Virus record (IMG/VR): IMGVR_UViG_3300027889_000001
Strand: one strand, 5' to 3'
DNA: 64,000 nt
Origin: a virus
The position numbers were made by a program, and so were the translations under genes. This document shows positions 1 through 8,621 of this stretch, in pieces. Position 1 is the stretch's first letter. Every line of letters begins with the position of its first letter. Below the pieces are notes generated by a model, which saw only the letters and a list, made by a program, of their open reading frames with translations, had not been told where the DNA came from and made no database searches.

Positions 1-317
1 AGTTCTAGCGTCAAGTAGCCGAACCAACCCGGTTCAATGACTGTGTTTTGAACGGTTAAACCTTTACGTGCCCATGAGGATTTATCGTGAACAATGCCGA
101 GCACATCCGGCGGCATCGTAAACCGCTCTATGGTTGACACCAAACAGAAACCCCCTGCCCCCAACAAAAGCTTTTTCCTAACTCCTTTGCTATCGAACTC
201 CACGCGAACATCGTAGCCAGCCGGGCCAAGCCCGTAGGTCATGCCTGCATATTCGGTGCGCTCGCAGAAAGGGTCTACGGGGCGGAGCTGGCGGAGCGTG
301 GTGGCGGAGAGGATCAT
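1..317 (-). CDS. dcd: dCTP deaminase / dUTPase-superfamily enzyme, partial (3-prime end runs off the left edge)
   Basis: Absent from the ORF track because it has no stop in the window. My reverse translation from ATG 317-315 gives MILSATTLRQLRPVDPFCERTEYAGMTYGLGPAGYDVRV...VHDKSSWARKGLTVQNTVIEPGWFGYLTLE. This fits the Dcd/Dut signature (S..AR.GL ... [ID]PGW.G..TLE). Confidence 0.7.
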   Translation of the reverse strand, partial: MILSATTLRQLRPVDPFCERTEYAGMTYGLGPAGYDVRVEFDSKGVRKKLLLGAGGFCLVSTIERFTMPPDVLGIVHDKSSWARKGLTVQNTVIEPGWFGYLTLE

Positions 318-423
318 GGCTTGGCAACCATGATTAACAAGCGACGTTCTTCCGCGATCATGCAATCCTCCCATAGCTTCCGGCTTGCCTAAACCCCTTG
401 CGGGCGAAAGTAAAGCGGTATTT

Positions 424-591
424 TCAAGTGTGCGGTATGGCCTTCAATGCTTGCGCCGCTGCTTCAAGTTCGACTGCTGCGTATTCGATCAGGCTGCGCC
501 AGACGCGCTTCTTGACCACCATTGTTACCAACACACCTGCGGCGCGGAAGGCGTGGTCGGCTGCTTGGCTTACTTGAGCGCCGGGCGTCAT
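424..591 (-). CDS. small hypothetical protein (55 aa, below track cut-off)
   Basis: My translation gives MTPGAQVSQAADHAFRAAGVLVTMVVKKRVWRSLIEYAAVELEAAAQALKAIPHT. Its ATG (591-589) overlaps the RNR stop (590-588) as ATGA. Confidence 0.4.
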   Translation of the reverse strand: MTPGAQVSQAADHAFRAAGVLVTMVVKKRVWRSLIEYAAVELEAAAQALKAIPHT

Positions 592-2291
592 TCGCAACTC
601 CTCCGGCCTATTTCGTCAATGGCGCAAGTAAGTTCATCGGATGGCGCGCTGGTAAGCAGCGCGCCGCGCTTGCCATCGCGGTTGAAAGTTGTGCACCCCT
701 TGCCACCGCCGGCATGAACCTTGGAATAGATTCCTACGAAATCCGCCCACGGCATTGAGCCATTGACATTGCAGGTTTTGGAAACGGCGCTATCGACATA
801 CCGTTGGGCGGTCAGGAGGACTGCTACATGCTCGTCCGCTGTTACCTCATCACAAACCTTACCGCGAACGCTAAGGAACTGCGCGCCGTAGTCCTCGAAA
901 GTATCTACGATGCGCCCTTCCGGCGTCATGATTGGGCGCTCGGTCTTGTAGGCAAAGACCGGCTCTATGCCGCTGCTTACGTTGTCGGCGCACAAACTGA
1001 TCGTTCCGGTTGGCGCAATGCTTGTTAGATGGCTGTTGCGAATACCGTGTTTGACTATGCCATCCTGAATATCAGGGGGGAGTGTTTGGATGAATTTTCC
1101 TTCGGTGTAGGGACTAGCGAACAAGGGGAAGGGGCCTTTTTCCTTCGCCAGTTCAATGGACGCGCGGTAGCATTCATCGCGTATGGTTTCCAGAACCTTT
1201 GCCTCGAATTCAAGAAAACCCGGCGATCCATATTTGTTTCCCAAAGCTTCGCCCGCATTTGCCAGCCCCATGACGCCTAACCCCATGCGGCGTTTGTTAT
1301 ACGCTTCCTGCGCTTGCGCGGGCCAAGGGTACAGGGAGCGGTCCACCACGTTGTCCATGGCACGGACTACTGCTAGGATGTCGACGCGTAGTTGGTCGAA
1401 GCTGAAATCATATGCAGGATTGGTTGTTGCAGGGTTAAGGCCGTTCGGTGACAGGTACTTCACCAGATTGAACGATCCCAACAAACAGGCGCCGTAAGGT
1501 GGAAGTGGCTGCTCCCCGCAAGGATTACAGGCTGCGATCTGTTCGCAGTACCAAAGATTGTTCGTCTTGTTGACGGTATCGACGAAGAAGACACCGGGCT
1601 CGGCCCATTCCCATGTCGAACGCATGATCTTCTGCCAAAGGTCAACGGCACGGACTTCGCGGTCGGTCTGGCCGCCGAAGCTTAGCGGAAATAACGCATC
1701 GTTGGCTACCGCTTCCATGAACGCATCGGTTACGGCGACTGAAATGTTGAAGCCTTCCAACGCGCTGGGAACCTGTTTGGCAAAGATGAATTCCTCGATG
1801 TCGGGATGATCAACCCGCAAAATCCCCATCTGTGCGCCCCGGCGGTGACCGCTGGACTGCATCGTAAGCCCGGTTACGTTATATAACGACATGAAAGAAA
1901 CAGGCCCGGTGGCGTCCGATTCAATTTGCTTTACGCGGTATCCGCGCGGTCGCAGTGTCGAAAAATCGTATCCTATGCCGCCGCCGAGCTTCGCCGTTTG
2001 TGCGGATTCGGTCAAACGTTGCATGATCGATCCGTCGCCATCTACCAGGCTATCGTTGATAGTCCCCGATACATAACAATTAAAGCTGGTAGTTCGCCTC
2101 GTAGCGCCAATGGAACCTTGTATCCGGCCGCCGGGGCAGAACCGCTGTTCGAGCAGAATATCGCGCAATTCATGGTAATGATCGCCATTATCCGCAAGTC
2201 CAAATGAAACACGGTTGGCATACTCTTTGAAGCTTTCCCGGCGTCCCCGGTACTTCATTCCGTGGTAGCGGTCGGCGCTTTCGGTGTGCAT
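588..2291 (-). CDS. nrdJ: ribonucleotide reductase, class II (B12-dependent) type
   Basis: 567-aa ORF with GGGIGYDFSTLRPRG, the catalytic loop CNPCGEQPL and a C-terminal Cys pair (TCAIDEIGRRSCE). The size fits phage class II rather than class Ia. Confidence 0.8.
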   Translation of the reverse strand: MHTESADRYHGMKYRGRRESFKEYANRVSFGLADNGDHYHELRDILLEQRFCPGGRIQGSIGATRRTTSFNCYVSGTINDSLVDGDGSIMQRLTESAQTAKLGGGIGYDFSTLRPRGYRVKQIESDATGPVSFMSLYNVTGLTMQSSGHRRGAQMGILRVDHPDIEEFIFAKQVPSALEGFNISVAVTDAFMEAVANDALFPLSFGGQTDREVRAVDLWQKIMRSTWEWAEPGVFFVDTVNKTNNLWYCEQIAACNPCGEQPLPPYGACLLGSFNLVKYLSPNGLNPATTNPAYDFSFDQLRVDILAVVRAMDNVVDRSLYPWPAQAQEAYNKRRMGLGVMGLANAGEALGNKYGSPGFLEFEAKVLETIRDECYRASIELAKEKGPFPLFASPYTEGKFIQTLPPDIQDGIVKHGIRNSHLTSIAPTGTISLCADNVSSGIEPVFAYKTERPIMTPEGRIVDTFEDYGAQFLSVRGKVCDEVTADEHVAVLLTAQRYVDSAVSKTCNVNGSMPWADFVGIYSKVHAGGGKGCTTFNRDGKRGALLTSAPSDELTCAIDEIGRRSCE

Positions 2292-3824
2292 CTACATCTT
2301 CTCCATGGTTGCGCGCGGGATATCGTGCGGCTCGGTTTGATGGCTGGGGGCGGGAATGCTCCAGTAGGAAAGCTCCTTGCCTTTGATAACGGCAGTATGG
2401 TTCTTGACGCCGCGCCGGGCAAGCACACGGTAGAGTTCGCGTTCGCTGCTGACCGTAGCTTTATGGCGGTGCATGTAGTCCATAAAATCCGTTGAACAAA
2501 AGTAGGTACGTCCATCGCCATCCGTGTAGGGCTTCCCCAACAGCAATTCGTCCAAATTGCGCCCGATAACCCTGCTGGTACAAAAGCGGACAAGCAGCAC
2601 CCACAACTGACCTTCTTTGGTAGCGTCCTCCGGTACGGGCGTCCGGTTGGCTTTCGCCAGCCTTTCGCCAACAATTTCGCGCCAGGTGGAATCCTTCACG
2701 AATGCCGGCCAGACGCCAAGCTTCTCGAAACACACCTTCTGGAAACGGCGCTGATCCATAATGTCTTCGGTGGAAATTTCAAGCCTCAACCCGTTCACAT
2801 CCCACATCCAAAGCGGTGGATCGGTATCCAGAAGATCAAGATCGCCGAATGTTACTTGCGGATCGTCCGCCGATCCCGCTACCCCGTACTTCCGGGTAAG
2901 GCATACCCCCCTGTTACAGACCGAACAAATAGGCTCCTGGCGGCATTGAAATGAGTAATGTTTCTTGGAAAGTGATTTGGCTATCGACGCCAATTCGCGA
3001 CTGGTCAAGGGGGGTTTCATTAGGGTGTTGTAGGCTGAAAAATGCTTTAACCAATCTTCCTTGTAACGTTTCTTCAAATAGACTGCTATGTTGAACATGC
3101 CGTTGTTCTGCCAATCGCCAAACCCTATGCGGGCGCGCGTTTCAAGGCAGGGCGGGGCTTCTTTCAACAGGTCGTCGTAGCTGTCGCCGTGTGTTGGGGT
3201 TTGGAAGGATTCCAGTTCGGCGGGTGTGATTGCTGTGGTATCGACAAGGCTTAAGAATTCTTCCGGCGTAGCGGCACTAGCATCGGGTTTTAGGGCATAG
3301 CGAAGTGTGCGGTCGCCCCCATTGTAAGGAATGTTGATCCAGTTTCCGGTATCGGCTTCCGACGCCAGCTTGGATTGCTTGGGAAATACCTCGACGCCGG
3401 GGTAGCCAAGCAGGACGGCCCATTCGGCAAGCTTGGCGCGGACCAGTGCTGCCGGGGCTTTGGGTCTGCAAAACAGGTATAGATGCGCGCCCCCACTTTT
3501 CGTTCGGCATAGAATTAGAGGAAGCTTATAGCTTGTTATGTTGTTCAGTAGTGCGGCAAGGTCCAGGGGGTAGACATCTACGTCTATGGCACCGAACGAT
3601 GTTGTACCTTCGTCGTCGATTGGAATTATGCCTAGCCCTAAGCGGCCTTCAAGGTGGTTGCGCCATAGTTCGGTTGTTACAGGTTCTTGCGTGGTCCACG
3701 CTTTACCTTTGATCTTGCCTTCGCCATCGGCCTTGGCGCCGTTAGGTATTTCATACCGCCCATGCGCGCGGGCAAGGCCGCTGAAGGCGGCTGCAAAGCC
3801 GTGGATGGTGGCGGGGGTTAGCAT
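2292..3824 (-). CDS. bifunctional DNA primase/polymerase (Prim-Pol, AEP superfamily) with Cys-cluster zinc module
   Basis: Motifs GLGIIPIDDEG, AIDVDVYP and CRTKSGGAHLYLF, plus a central CRQEPICSVCNRGVC. No Walker A helicase module. The ORF abuts the RNR start. Confidence 0.7.
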   Translation of the reverse strand: MLTPATIHGFAAAFSGLARAHGRYEIPNGAKADGEGKIKGKAWTTQEPVTTELWRNHLEGRLGLGIIPIDDEGTTSFGAIDVDVYPLDLAALLNNITSYKLPLILCRTKSGGAHLYLFCRPKAPAALVRAKLAEWAVLLGYPGVEVFPKQSKLASEADTGNWINIPYNGGDRTLRYALKPDASAATPEEFLSLVDTTAITPAELESFQTPTHGDSYDDLLKEAPPCLETRARIGFGDWQNNGMFNIAVYLKKRYKEDWLKHFSAYNTLMKPPLTSRELASIAKSLSKKHYSFQCRQEPICSVCNRGVCLTRKYGVAGSADDPQVTFGDLDLLDTDPPLWMWDVNGLRLEISTEDIMDQRRFQKVCFEKLGVWPAFVKDSTWREIVGERLAKANRTPVPEDATKEGQLWVLLVRFCTSRVIGRNLDELLLGKPYTDGDGRTYFCSTDFMDYMHRHKATVSSERELYRVLARRGVKNHTAVIKGKELSYWSIPAPSHQTEPHDIPRATMEKM

Positions 3825-4232
3825 TTAGTCTTGGGGTAGGATCAAGCGGGCCAGCGACTCGGCTGCTGTATCGAGAGACCGAATGCTCGCATCCGTATCG
3901 TTCGCCACGATATATTCGACTAGAAACGAATTAACCGCGCGTCGAATAGTCTGCACTTCCTCCACCAGCCTGCGTGCGGTGACGGGGTTGAAGGCGGCGA
4001 TGTGAGCGGCCGTGCTTTGAAACCGCTCGCCATGATATGACTTTCTGCCACCACATACAGGCAACGAGCAAATGTGTTGATAGCCCATGCCATTCCAGTT
4101 TTCTGGGTCCTGGCGGACGTTCCAGTTACCGAATTCATGCCTGTCGCTTACGACCCATGGGCCTTCAAATGCCTTCCCCGCCTTCTCCAGCAGTTCCGCC
4201 AGTTCGGCGTCGGTCAGGTGTGTATCAGCCAT
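3825..4232 (-). CDS. hypothetical protein, Ead/Ea22-like motif
   Basis: 135-aa ORF abutting neighbouring genes. Contains PW...STAAHIAAFNPVTARRLVEE, a motif typical of small phage early proteins. Confidence 0.6.
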   Translation of the reverse strand: MADTHLTDAELAELLEKAGKAFEGPWVVSDRHEFGNWNVRQDPENWNGMGYQHICSLPVCGGRKSYHGERFQSTAAHIAAFNPVTARRLVEEVQTIRRAVNSFLVEYIVANDTDASIRSLDTAAESLARLILPQD

Positions 4233-4530
4233 CGAAGTTCCTCACATTGAATGCACGCCGTTGAAAGGGGTTTGGTCGCGTGCCCTTGGGTGTTAGCGCA
4301 ATCCGTGCCTCCAGCCCATCAAGGCTGACGCGGGCGCCCTGTGTGTCCACGCCGGGTTCTAACCCGAGAAACTCGAATGGTAGTCCACATTCCGCGCATT
4401 TGATGCGAATATCAGCAATATATCCAACTACACAGGATTCCGTAGCATTGTCAAGCAAACGACCGACATTCACCATAGCCTTGAAGTCCTTGTGTTCGCA
4501 CTTGGTCAGGGGTTTGAGTGCGGCGGTCAT
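4225..4530 (-). CDS. hypothetical protein
   Basis: Start moved to ATG 4530, which forms an ATGA overlap with the upstream stop at 4527. The 3-prime end overlaps the next start by 8 nt. Confidence 0.55.
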   Translation of the reverse strand: MTAALKPLTKCEHKDFKAMVNVGRLLDNATESCVVGYIADIRIKCAECGLPFEFLGLEPGVDTQGARVSLDGLEARIALTPKGTRPNPFQRRAFNVRNFDG

Positions 4531-4829
4531 TGTTTGCGTGCCTCTGACCAATACTCGTCGTCAATTTTGCGATACACCGCGTCCGATAGCTTCTTCGCTC
4601 CTGTGATAGCTACGAAGCCTCTGTCATCAAGCGGAATCGTATCTTCCAAATCCCCGGCGTCATTGTGCAAATCAAGCAGGAATGTTGCGGACGCCTGATC
4701 CACTGCATGCTCGCGACACTTCTCAAACTCGGCCTTCATCTCGGCAAACGAGTCACGCTCCAAGCCCATGTTCGTGTGCCTAGCGTTCTGGTCGCTGTCG
4801 ATGTAAATCATTTTCATATAGGCGCTCAT
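4527..4829 (-). CDS. hypothetical protein
   Basis: 100-aa ORF with ATGA overlaps at both ends. Confidence 0.6.
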   Translation of the reverse strand: MSAYMKMIYIDSDQNARHTNMGLERDSFAEMKAEFEKCREHAVDQASATFLLDLHNDAGDLEDTIPLDDRGFVAITGAKKLSDAVYRKIDDEYWSEARKQ

Positions 4830-5218
4830 GATTTCTTCCCCTCCTTCCCGGCGGCACCGAATGCAGCAAGCGCGTTGCGGGCGGCCGTCATTGCTTCGTC
4901 AAGCGCATAGACGGCGCCGCAATTCGTTTTGGGCAGCGTCGCACCAAGCCGGTCAGCGTGGCGCGCATAAGGTCCGTCTGGCTTCCCCTCGCCGTTCCAT
5001 CCGGCGACAATCTCACGGACACCGGCGAGCGCCTTTGCGGATACTAATGCCGTCAGCGCCTCCGCCAGCCCGTCGGCCAGGTCGGCGCGGATGTAGGCCG
5101 TTTGTAAAACACCTCCAGATTCCTTATAAGCCGTGGTGTATTCGTCGTTGAGCGTGGCGATCCACGTGTCATTGGCCCATATCCGCGCGGGCGCTTCCGG
5201 CTTCGCTTCGTCAGACAT
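4826..5218 (-). CDS. hypothetical protein
   Basis: 130-aa ORF with an ATGA overlap to the downstream gene. Confidence 0.6.
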   Translation of the reverse strand: MSDEAKPEAPARIWANDTWIATLNDEYTTAYKESGGVLQTAYIRADLADGLAEALTALVSAKALAGVREIVAGWNGEGKPDGPYARHADRLGATLPKTNCGAVYALDEAMTAARNALAAFGAAGKEGKKS

Positions 5219-5230
5219 TGCTCTGGGGGC

Positions 5231-5566
5231 TCATGATTGTGGAACCGCTCCTGCGATTGCAGCACGCGTATCGGCAAACAGTTCGTCGCACTCTCGTTCA
5301 TAGCGTGAGGCATTCCATGCACCGCCGTCGAGCGCAGCCCATCGTTGCGCAATTCTGAGAAGGGCAGGCGCACCAGCGAACAGACACGCATTCGCTATCG
5401 CCTCATCCTTTGTAATCTTGACGGTCGATTCATCGCAGAAATTAAACTCCGCGATGTCATCATTATTCGAGCCGCCGTAGACAAAGACGTTCTTTTCCCA
5501 CACGGTCACTTCCCACGGCTCCGGCGTGGGATGGTCATCGTGTCGTAGAGGCCGCGTAGTTATCAC
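5231..5566 (-). CDS. hypothetical protein, Ead/Ea22-like motif
   Basis: 111 aa with a GTGA overlap to the upstream stop. Contains PEPWEV...EAIANACLFAGAPALLRIA. Confidence 0.6.
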   Translation of the reverse strand: MITTRPLRHDDHPTPEPWEVTVWEKNVFVYGGSNNDDIAEFNFCDESTVKITKDEAIANACLFAGAPALLRIAQRWAALDGGAWNASRYERECDELFADTRAAIAGAVPQS

Positions 5567-5844
5567 GTCTGAGCACTCCCTGGTAGTCTGGTAAATCCAT
5601 CGAAAGCCGCCAACGCCTTATCAAGCTCTGGCATGAACTCGGGGAATGGCGGCTTACTGTTGCTGACAACCTTGCGCGCGGCGGCAAGAAGATCATCAAG
5701 AGCATCGCCTATAGGTATTGGCACGAAGTATTCTGTGCCGCCTACTAGCACATTCATGGTCACGCAATCTTCGCTCATTCTATTATCTCCGCGTCGGTGA
5801 TGCTTGTGCTTGTCGGGCGCTGCCGGGTTTGCTTCGTCAGCCAT
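5563..5844 (-). CDS. hypothetical protein
   Basis: Start moved to ATG 5844 (MADEANPAAP...). This overlaps the upstream stop at 5837 by 8 nt (ATGGCTGA). Confidence 0.5.
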   Translation of the reverse strand: MADEANPAAPDKHKHHRRGDNRMSEDCVTMNVLVGGTEYFVPIPIGDALDDLLAAARKVVSNSKPPFPEFMPELDKALAAFDGFTRLPGSAQT

Positions 5845-6235
5845 TGTTCGGGTCCTTTTCGTATATCTCGCCGTACCCTTTGCCAAATGGATACTTTTTG
5901 ATTTCAAGCGCCTCGTTAACATCGGGTATGGAATCGTCTGGCAATGGCGGCGCGAACAGAGAAGTACCGATGCGGAAAAATGCCCAAATCATTTCGACCG
6001 GCCACCACCAATATGTTCCAACTGGGCCACTCACTTTTTTTGTCAGATGAATGCCCATGCCATAAGAACATGGGAGCACGTCCTTATATCGACAAAACCA
6101 GTGGAGCAGATGCTTCTCGAACTTGGCTTGCAACCATTGTTCCCGATACTCGGACGCAATAGACGCCTTCGTGTGAGCGTGCGGCGTATCGACCCCGCAA
6201 ATTGGACAGACAGAACTACCTATCAAGTCACTCAT
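5837..6235 (-). CDS. hypothetical protein with CPICG motif and a hydrophobic segment
   Basis: Start moved to ATG 6235 (MSDLIGSSVCPICG...), overlapping the upstream stop at 6228 by 8 nt. The longer track version would overlap the upstream ORF by 140 nt. Confidence 0.55.
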   Translation of the reverse strand: MSDLIGSSVCPICGVDTPHAHTKASIASEYREQWLQAKFEKHLLHWFCRYKDVLPCSYGMGIHLTKKVSGPVGTYWWWPVEMIWAFFRIGTSLFAPPLPDDSIPDVNEALEIKKYPFGKGYGEIYEKDPNNG

Positions 6236-6848
6236 CGTTCGGGGCCTTTTCGGTGAGGGCGCGGATGGAAGATATACACAATTTAGCCGTCGTGACGGCT
6301 TGGTTCGCGCGGACCAAGATCGGCCTGCATTCTCTGGTAGGTGCGGATACTTCCCATTTTGCAGCATCTTTCTTATAGCTCTCTGCTATGATTTCTAGCC
6401 GTTCGATTACTTCATCCACCGTCTCCTTCCTCACCCGGTCGAGGTCGGCGCGGAGGCGGGCGATTTCTTTGCCATCCCAATCTTTGGGCGGACTCCACTT
6501 CAACACTTTATTCTCGCCCTCCAACTCTACTATCCGCGCTCTCGCCGCATCCCTTTCCGCCCATGCGGTGCGGAGATGGGAAATGAGCCATGGAATGTCA
6601 TCTGGAACATGGGCGTAAAAAGTTGCGCGTGTTCTGAGATATTTCTGCGAAAGTGCTTCGCGGGCATCAAATACAACAACGCGATCCAGCGAGCCGGTGC
6701 CGTCCGGCTGGCACCATAATTCGTAAGAAATGCCTCCGTCAGATTCGTCGCGGCGCTCCACCGAACAGGCCGCAACATGCGCCTTCTCAAGCCTCGCCTC
6801 TATCTCCGCAATCCGTGCGGCCTCTGCGGTCGGATGCGGGGCGGTCAT
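6228..6848 (-). CDS. hypothetical protein (coiled-coil rich)
   Basis: 206-aa ORF with an ATGA overlap at its start. Confidence 0.65.
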   Translation of the reverse strand: MTAPHPTAEAARIAEIEARLEKAHVAACSVERRDESDGGISYELWCQPDGTGSLDRVVVFDAREALSQKYLRTRATFYAHVPDDIPWLISHLRTAWAERDAARARIVELEGENKVLKWSPPKDWDGKEIARLRADLDRVRKETVDEVIERLEIIAESYKKDAAKWEVSAPTRECRPILVRANQAVTTAKLCISSIRALTEKAPNDE

Positions 6849-7042
6849 GGTCGGTCGCTCTCAATTGAAATCCATGCCCAATTAGCAAACGCCACCATTA
6901 TTGGGACACCAACGAAAAGCGGCCATATGTGTGGGGTACTAGACCTATATCCACACACCATCTCTATAACAGCCGTAAGCGCAATACCACCACAAAGCCC
7001 CATGATATTGAGCAAAACCTTTTCGACTAGCGACACTTTCAT
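6845..7042 (-). CDS. small membrane protein
   Basis: 65 aa with two hydrophobic helices. A strong RBS (AGGAGGATAGA) precedes ATG 7042. Confidence 0.6.
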   Translation of the reverse strand: MKVSLVEKVLLNIMGLCGGIALTAVIEMVCGYRSSTPHIWPLFVGVPIMVAFANWAWISIESDRP

Positions 7043-7075
7043 TCTATCCTCCTGCTGTGGGTCTTGGAATTATTT

Positions 7076-7115
7076 ATGCTGACGGAACGACTGAAGAAAG
7101 CCGTTCCGTCAGCAT
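7076..7115 (-). other. perfect 14-bp stem-loop between the SSB-like gene and the next gene
   Basis: ATGCTGACGGAACG (7076-7089) pairs with CGTTCCGTCAGCAT (7102-7115) around a 12-nt loop. No U-tract follows on either strand, so this is an attenuator or RNA-processing site rather than a classic terminator. Confidence 0.5.
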
Positions 7116-7121
7116 TCATAC

Positions 7122-8045
7122 TTAGAACGGGATTTCTTCGTCCTCGCTGGCGGCGCCGGCTACGTCGGCGCGGGCGCGGCCGGATTCGAGCATCGCGTTG
7201 AATGCCTTTGCTTCCTGGTACAGGGGGTCGGACGTGCGTATCAGGCTCTTGATGTATGGTTCTTCGGTACCGTCCGGTTTCTTGGCGTCCAGTGTTAGCG
7301 ACCAGCCGTAAAAATTACCTTTCTTGTTGGATTCGAAGTTGGTAGCAAGGCGCCAACGGTGCGCCCAAATTGGCGGCTGGATAGGGGGGAGCAGGTTTTC
7401 GGTTGTGCTGCGTGGGTTGGCATACTTGAACGATGTTTGGCGTTGCATGAACGCTTGGTACTTCTTGATCTGCGTCGATTTGAATGGAATTACCGCGCGG
7501 AACGGGTGGTTGGTGTGGGGATCGATAATCAATGCGAACAGATAGAAAGTTTCGGAAAGCTCGGTGCCGTTCAACGCCTCGCCCTTTTCGTTGCGGCTGG
7601 TAACGCCGTAACTCAAACGTCCGAAGCGCCCTTGCTCCGCCTTCAAGTCCTGGATCAACTGATCATCGGGTTTGTGAATGGCAACGAAGCCGCCGCCAAG
7701 ATTGCGGGGCGTGAACTCCACGTAGTTATGATCGCGGTGAACAGGAATGAAAACAAGCCCCGGCTTGCCATCGTACAACTCACCTGTGCCTGTATTGAAG
7801 ATCATTCCGGCCTTGGCGTTCGGCAAGCCCCCTTGTTCAGGGGGGTTGGCTACTTGCGGGCTGTTGGCGGCCAACGGTGTAAGGAAAGGTACTTTCAGCT
7901 CGTCGGATGTGACGTTCTCCATGCCCGCACCGGCGTCGGTGCCGAAGTCTACTACGGCAAGGTCGGTGCCGGCGGCGGTGGTTATTTCTTGCCCGGTTTT
8001 TGGATCGACTTCTTTCAATGTTGCTACTGCTTGTTCGATGCTCAT
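7122..8045 (-). CDS. putative ssDNA-binding / recombination-mediator protein with SSB-type acidic C-terminal tip
   Basis: 307-aa ORF in the replication arm. Its C-terminus ...AGAASEDEEIPF mimics the bacterial SSB tip (DDDIPF). The fold family was not recognised. Confidence 0.5.
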   Translation of the reverse strand: MSIEQAVATLKEVDPKTGQEITTAAGTDLAVVDFGTDAGAGMENVTSDELKVPFLTPLAANSPQVANPPEQGGLPNAKAGMIFNTGTGELYDGKPGLVFIPVHRDHNYVEFTPRNLGGGFVAIHKPDDQLIQDLKAEQGRFGRLSYGVTSRNEKGEALNGTELSETFYLFALIIDPHTNHPFRAVIPFKSTQIKKYQAFMQRQTSFKYANPRSTTENLLPPIQPPIWAHRWRLATNFESNKKGNFYGWSLTLDAKKPDGTEEPYIKSLIRTSDPLYQEAKAFNAMLESGRARADVAGAASEDEEIPF

Positions 8046-8100
8046 CTTTGCTTTTCCTTCGTTAAGCCATCTTCTGGTTGCCGCAGACGGCGGGGCGGCG

Positions 8101-8116
8101 GGTGGTTCAGGGGGTT
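8101..8116 (-). repeat. 16-nt direct repeat copy 1 (GGTGGTTCAGGGGGTT; mRNA sense AACCCCCTGAACCACC)
   Basis: Exact copy of 8363-8378. It spans the stop of the 8115-8345 ORF. Confidence 0.8.
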
Positions 8117-8345
8117 ACTGCTTACCAATCCAATACACGATTCGATCTTTGATCATCTTACGAATTTCCACATCTTCTTTGACCATGTTGGACGCCATTA
8201 ATTTTATGGCATCTTTCACATCAGAATCAATTGCGGAACCCGCTTCACGAGCAATCACGTCTCGAACCGCTTGCCGTGCTATTTCTTCAAATGCGCGGTC
8301 AATCAAGCTTTTGATTTCCCCGCCAAAATCGTCTGGACGCGTCAT
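8115..8345 (-). CDS. hypothetical protein
   Basis: 76 aa in visibly A/T-richer DNA than the flanks. An AAGGAG RBS lies upstream of ATG 8345. Confidence 0.6.
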   Translation of the reverse strand: MTRPDDFGGEIKSLIDRAFEEIARQAVRDVIAREAGSAIDSDVKDAIKLMASNMVKEDVEIRKMIKDRIVYWIGKQ

Positions 8346-8362
8346 TTGTATAACTCCTTCGT

Positions 8363-8378
8363 GGTGGTTCAGGGGGTT
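8363..8378 (-). repeat. 16-nt direct repeat copy 2
   Basis: Exact copy of 8101-8116. It spans the stop of the 8369-8617 ORF. Confidence 0.8.
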
Positions 8379-8617
8379 GGCTTGATGGTTTCAAACTTGA
8401 TTGGTATTTTGTTGATGGTTGTCCCGTCGTTCATCAACGCACAATCGAAGCGTTTGCCTACTATAAAGTCTCTAAACTCAAAGCCCATTAGGCAATGTGC
8501 TGCGGATGCTTGGTGGCTTTCCGGAAACGATAAAGTAATTTGTAACCCATTGGAATTTATCCCGTTCATCTCCAGCCATGTTTCAATGGCTATTACGCCC
8601 ATGGTTAATTTAGTCAT
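8369..8617 (-). CDS. hypothetical protein
   Basis: 82 aa in A/T-richer DNA, with an RBS before ATG 8617. Confidence 0.6.
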   Translation of the reverse strand: MTKLTMGVIAIETWLEMNGINSNGLQITLSFPESHQASAAHCLMGFEFRDFIVGKRFDCALMNDGTTINKIPIKFETIKPTP

Positions 8618-8621
8618 TTCT

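Noticed and set aside
318-423. A 15-codon ORF (MIAEERRLLIMVAKP) with a GGAGG RBS, coupled by ATGA to the dCTP deaminase start. An alternative longer dcd start lies near 374.
   Set aside because: The ORF is too short to support. The MIL... start at 317 matches the usual Dcd N-terminus.
385-758. Plus-strand ORFs 385-717 and 522-758.
   Set aside because: They are antisense to the small coupled ORF and the RNR 3-prime end, have no RBS and are R/C-rich.
7359-8385. Long plus-strand ORFs (7359-8201, 280 aa; 7747-8385, 212 aa).
   Set aside because: They are antisense shadows of the SSB-like gene and its neighbours. The sequences are R/G/C/A-rich, lack an RBS, and break the tightly coupled minus-strand gene chain.
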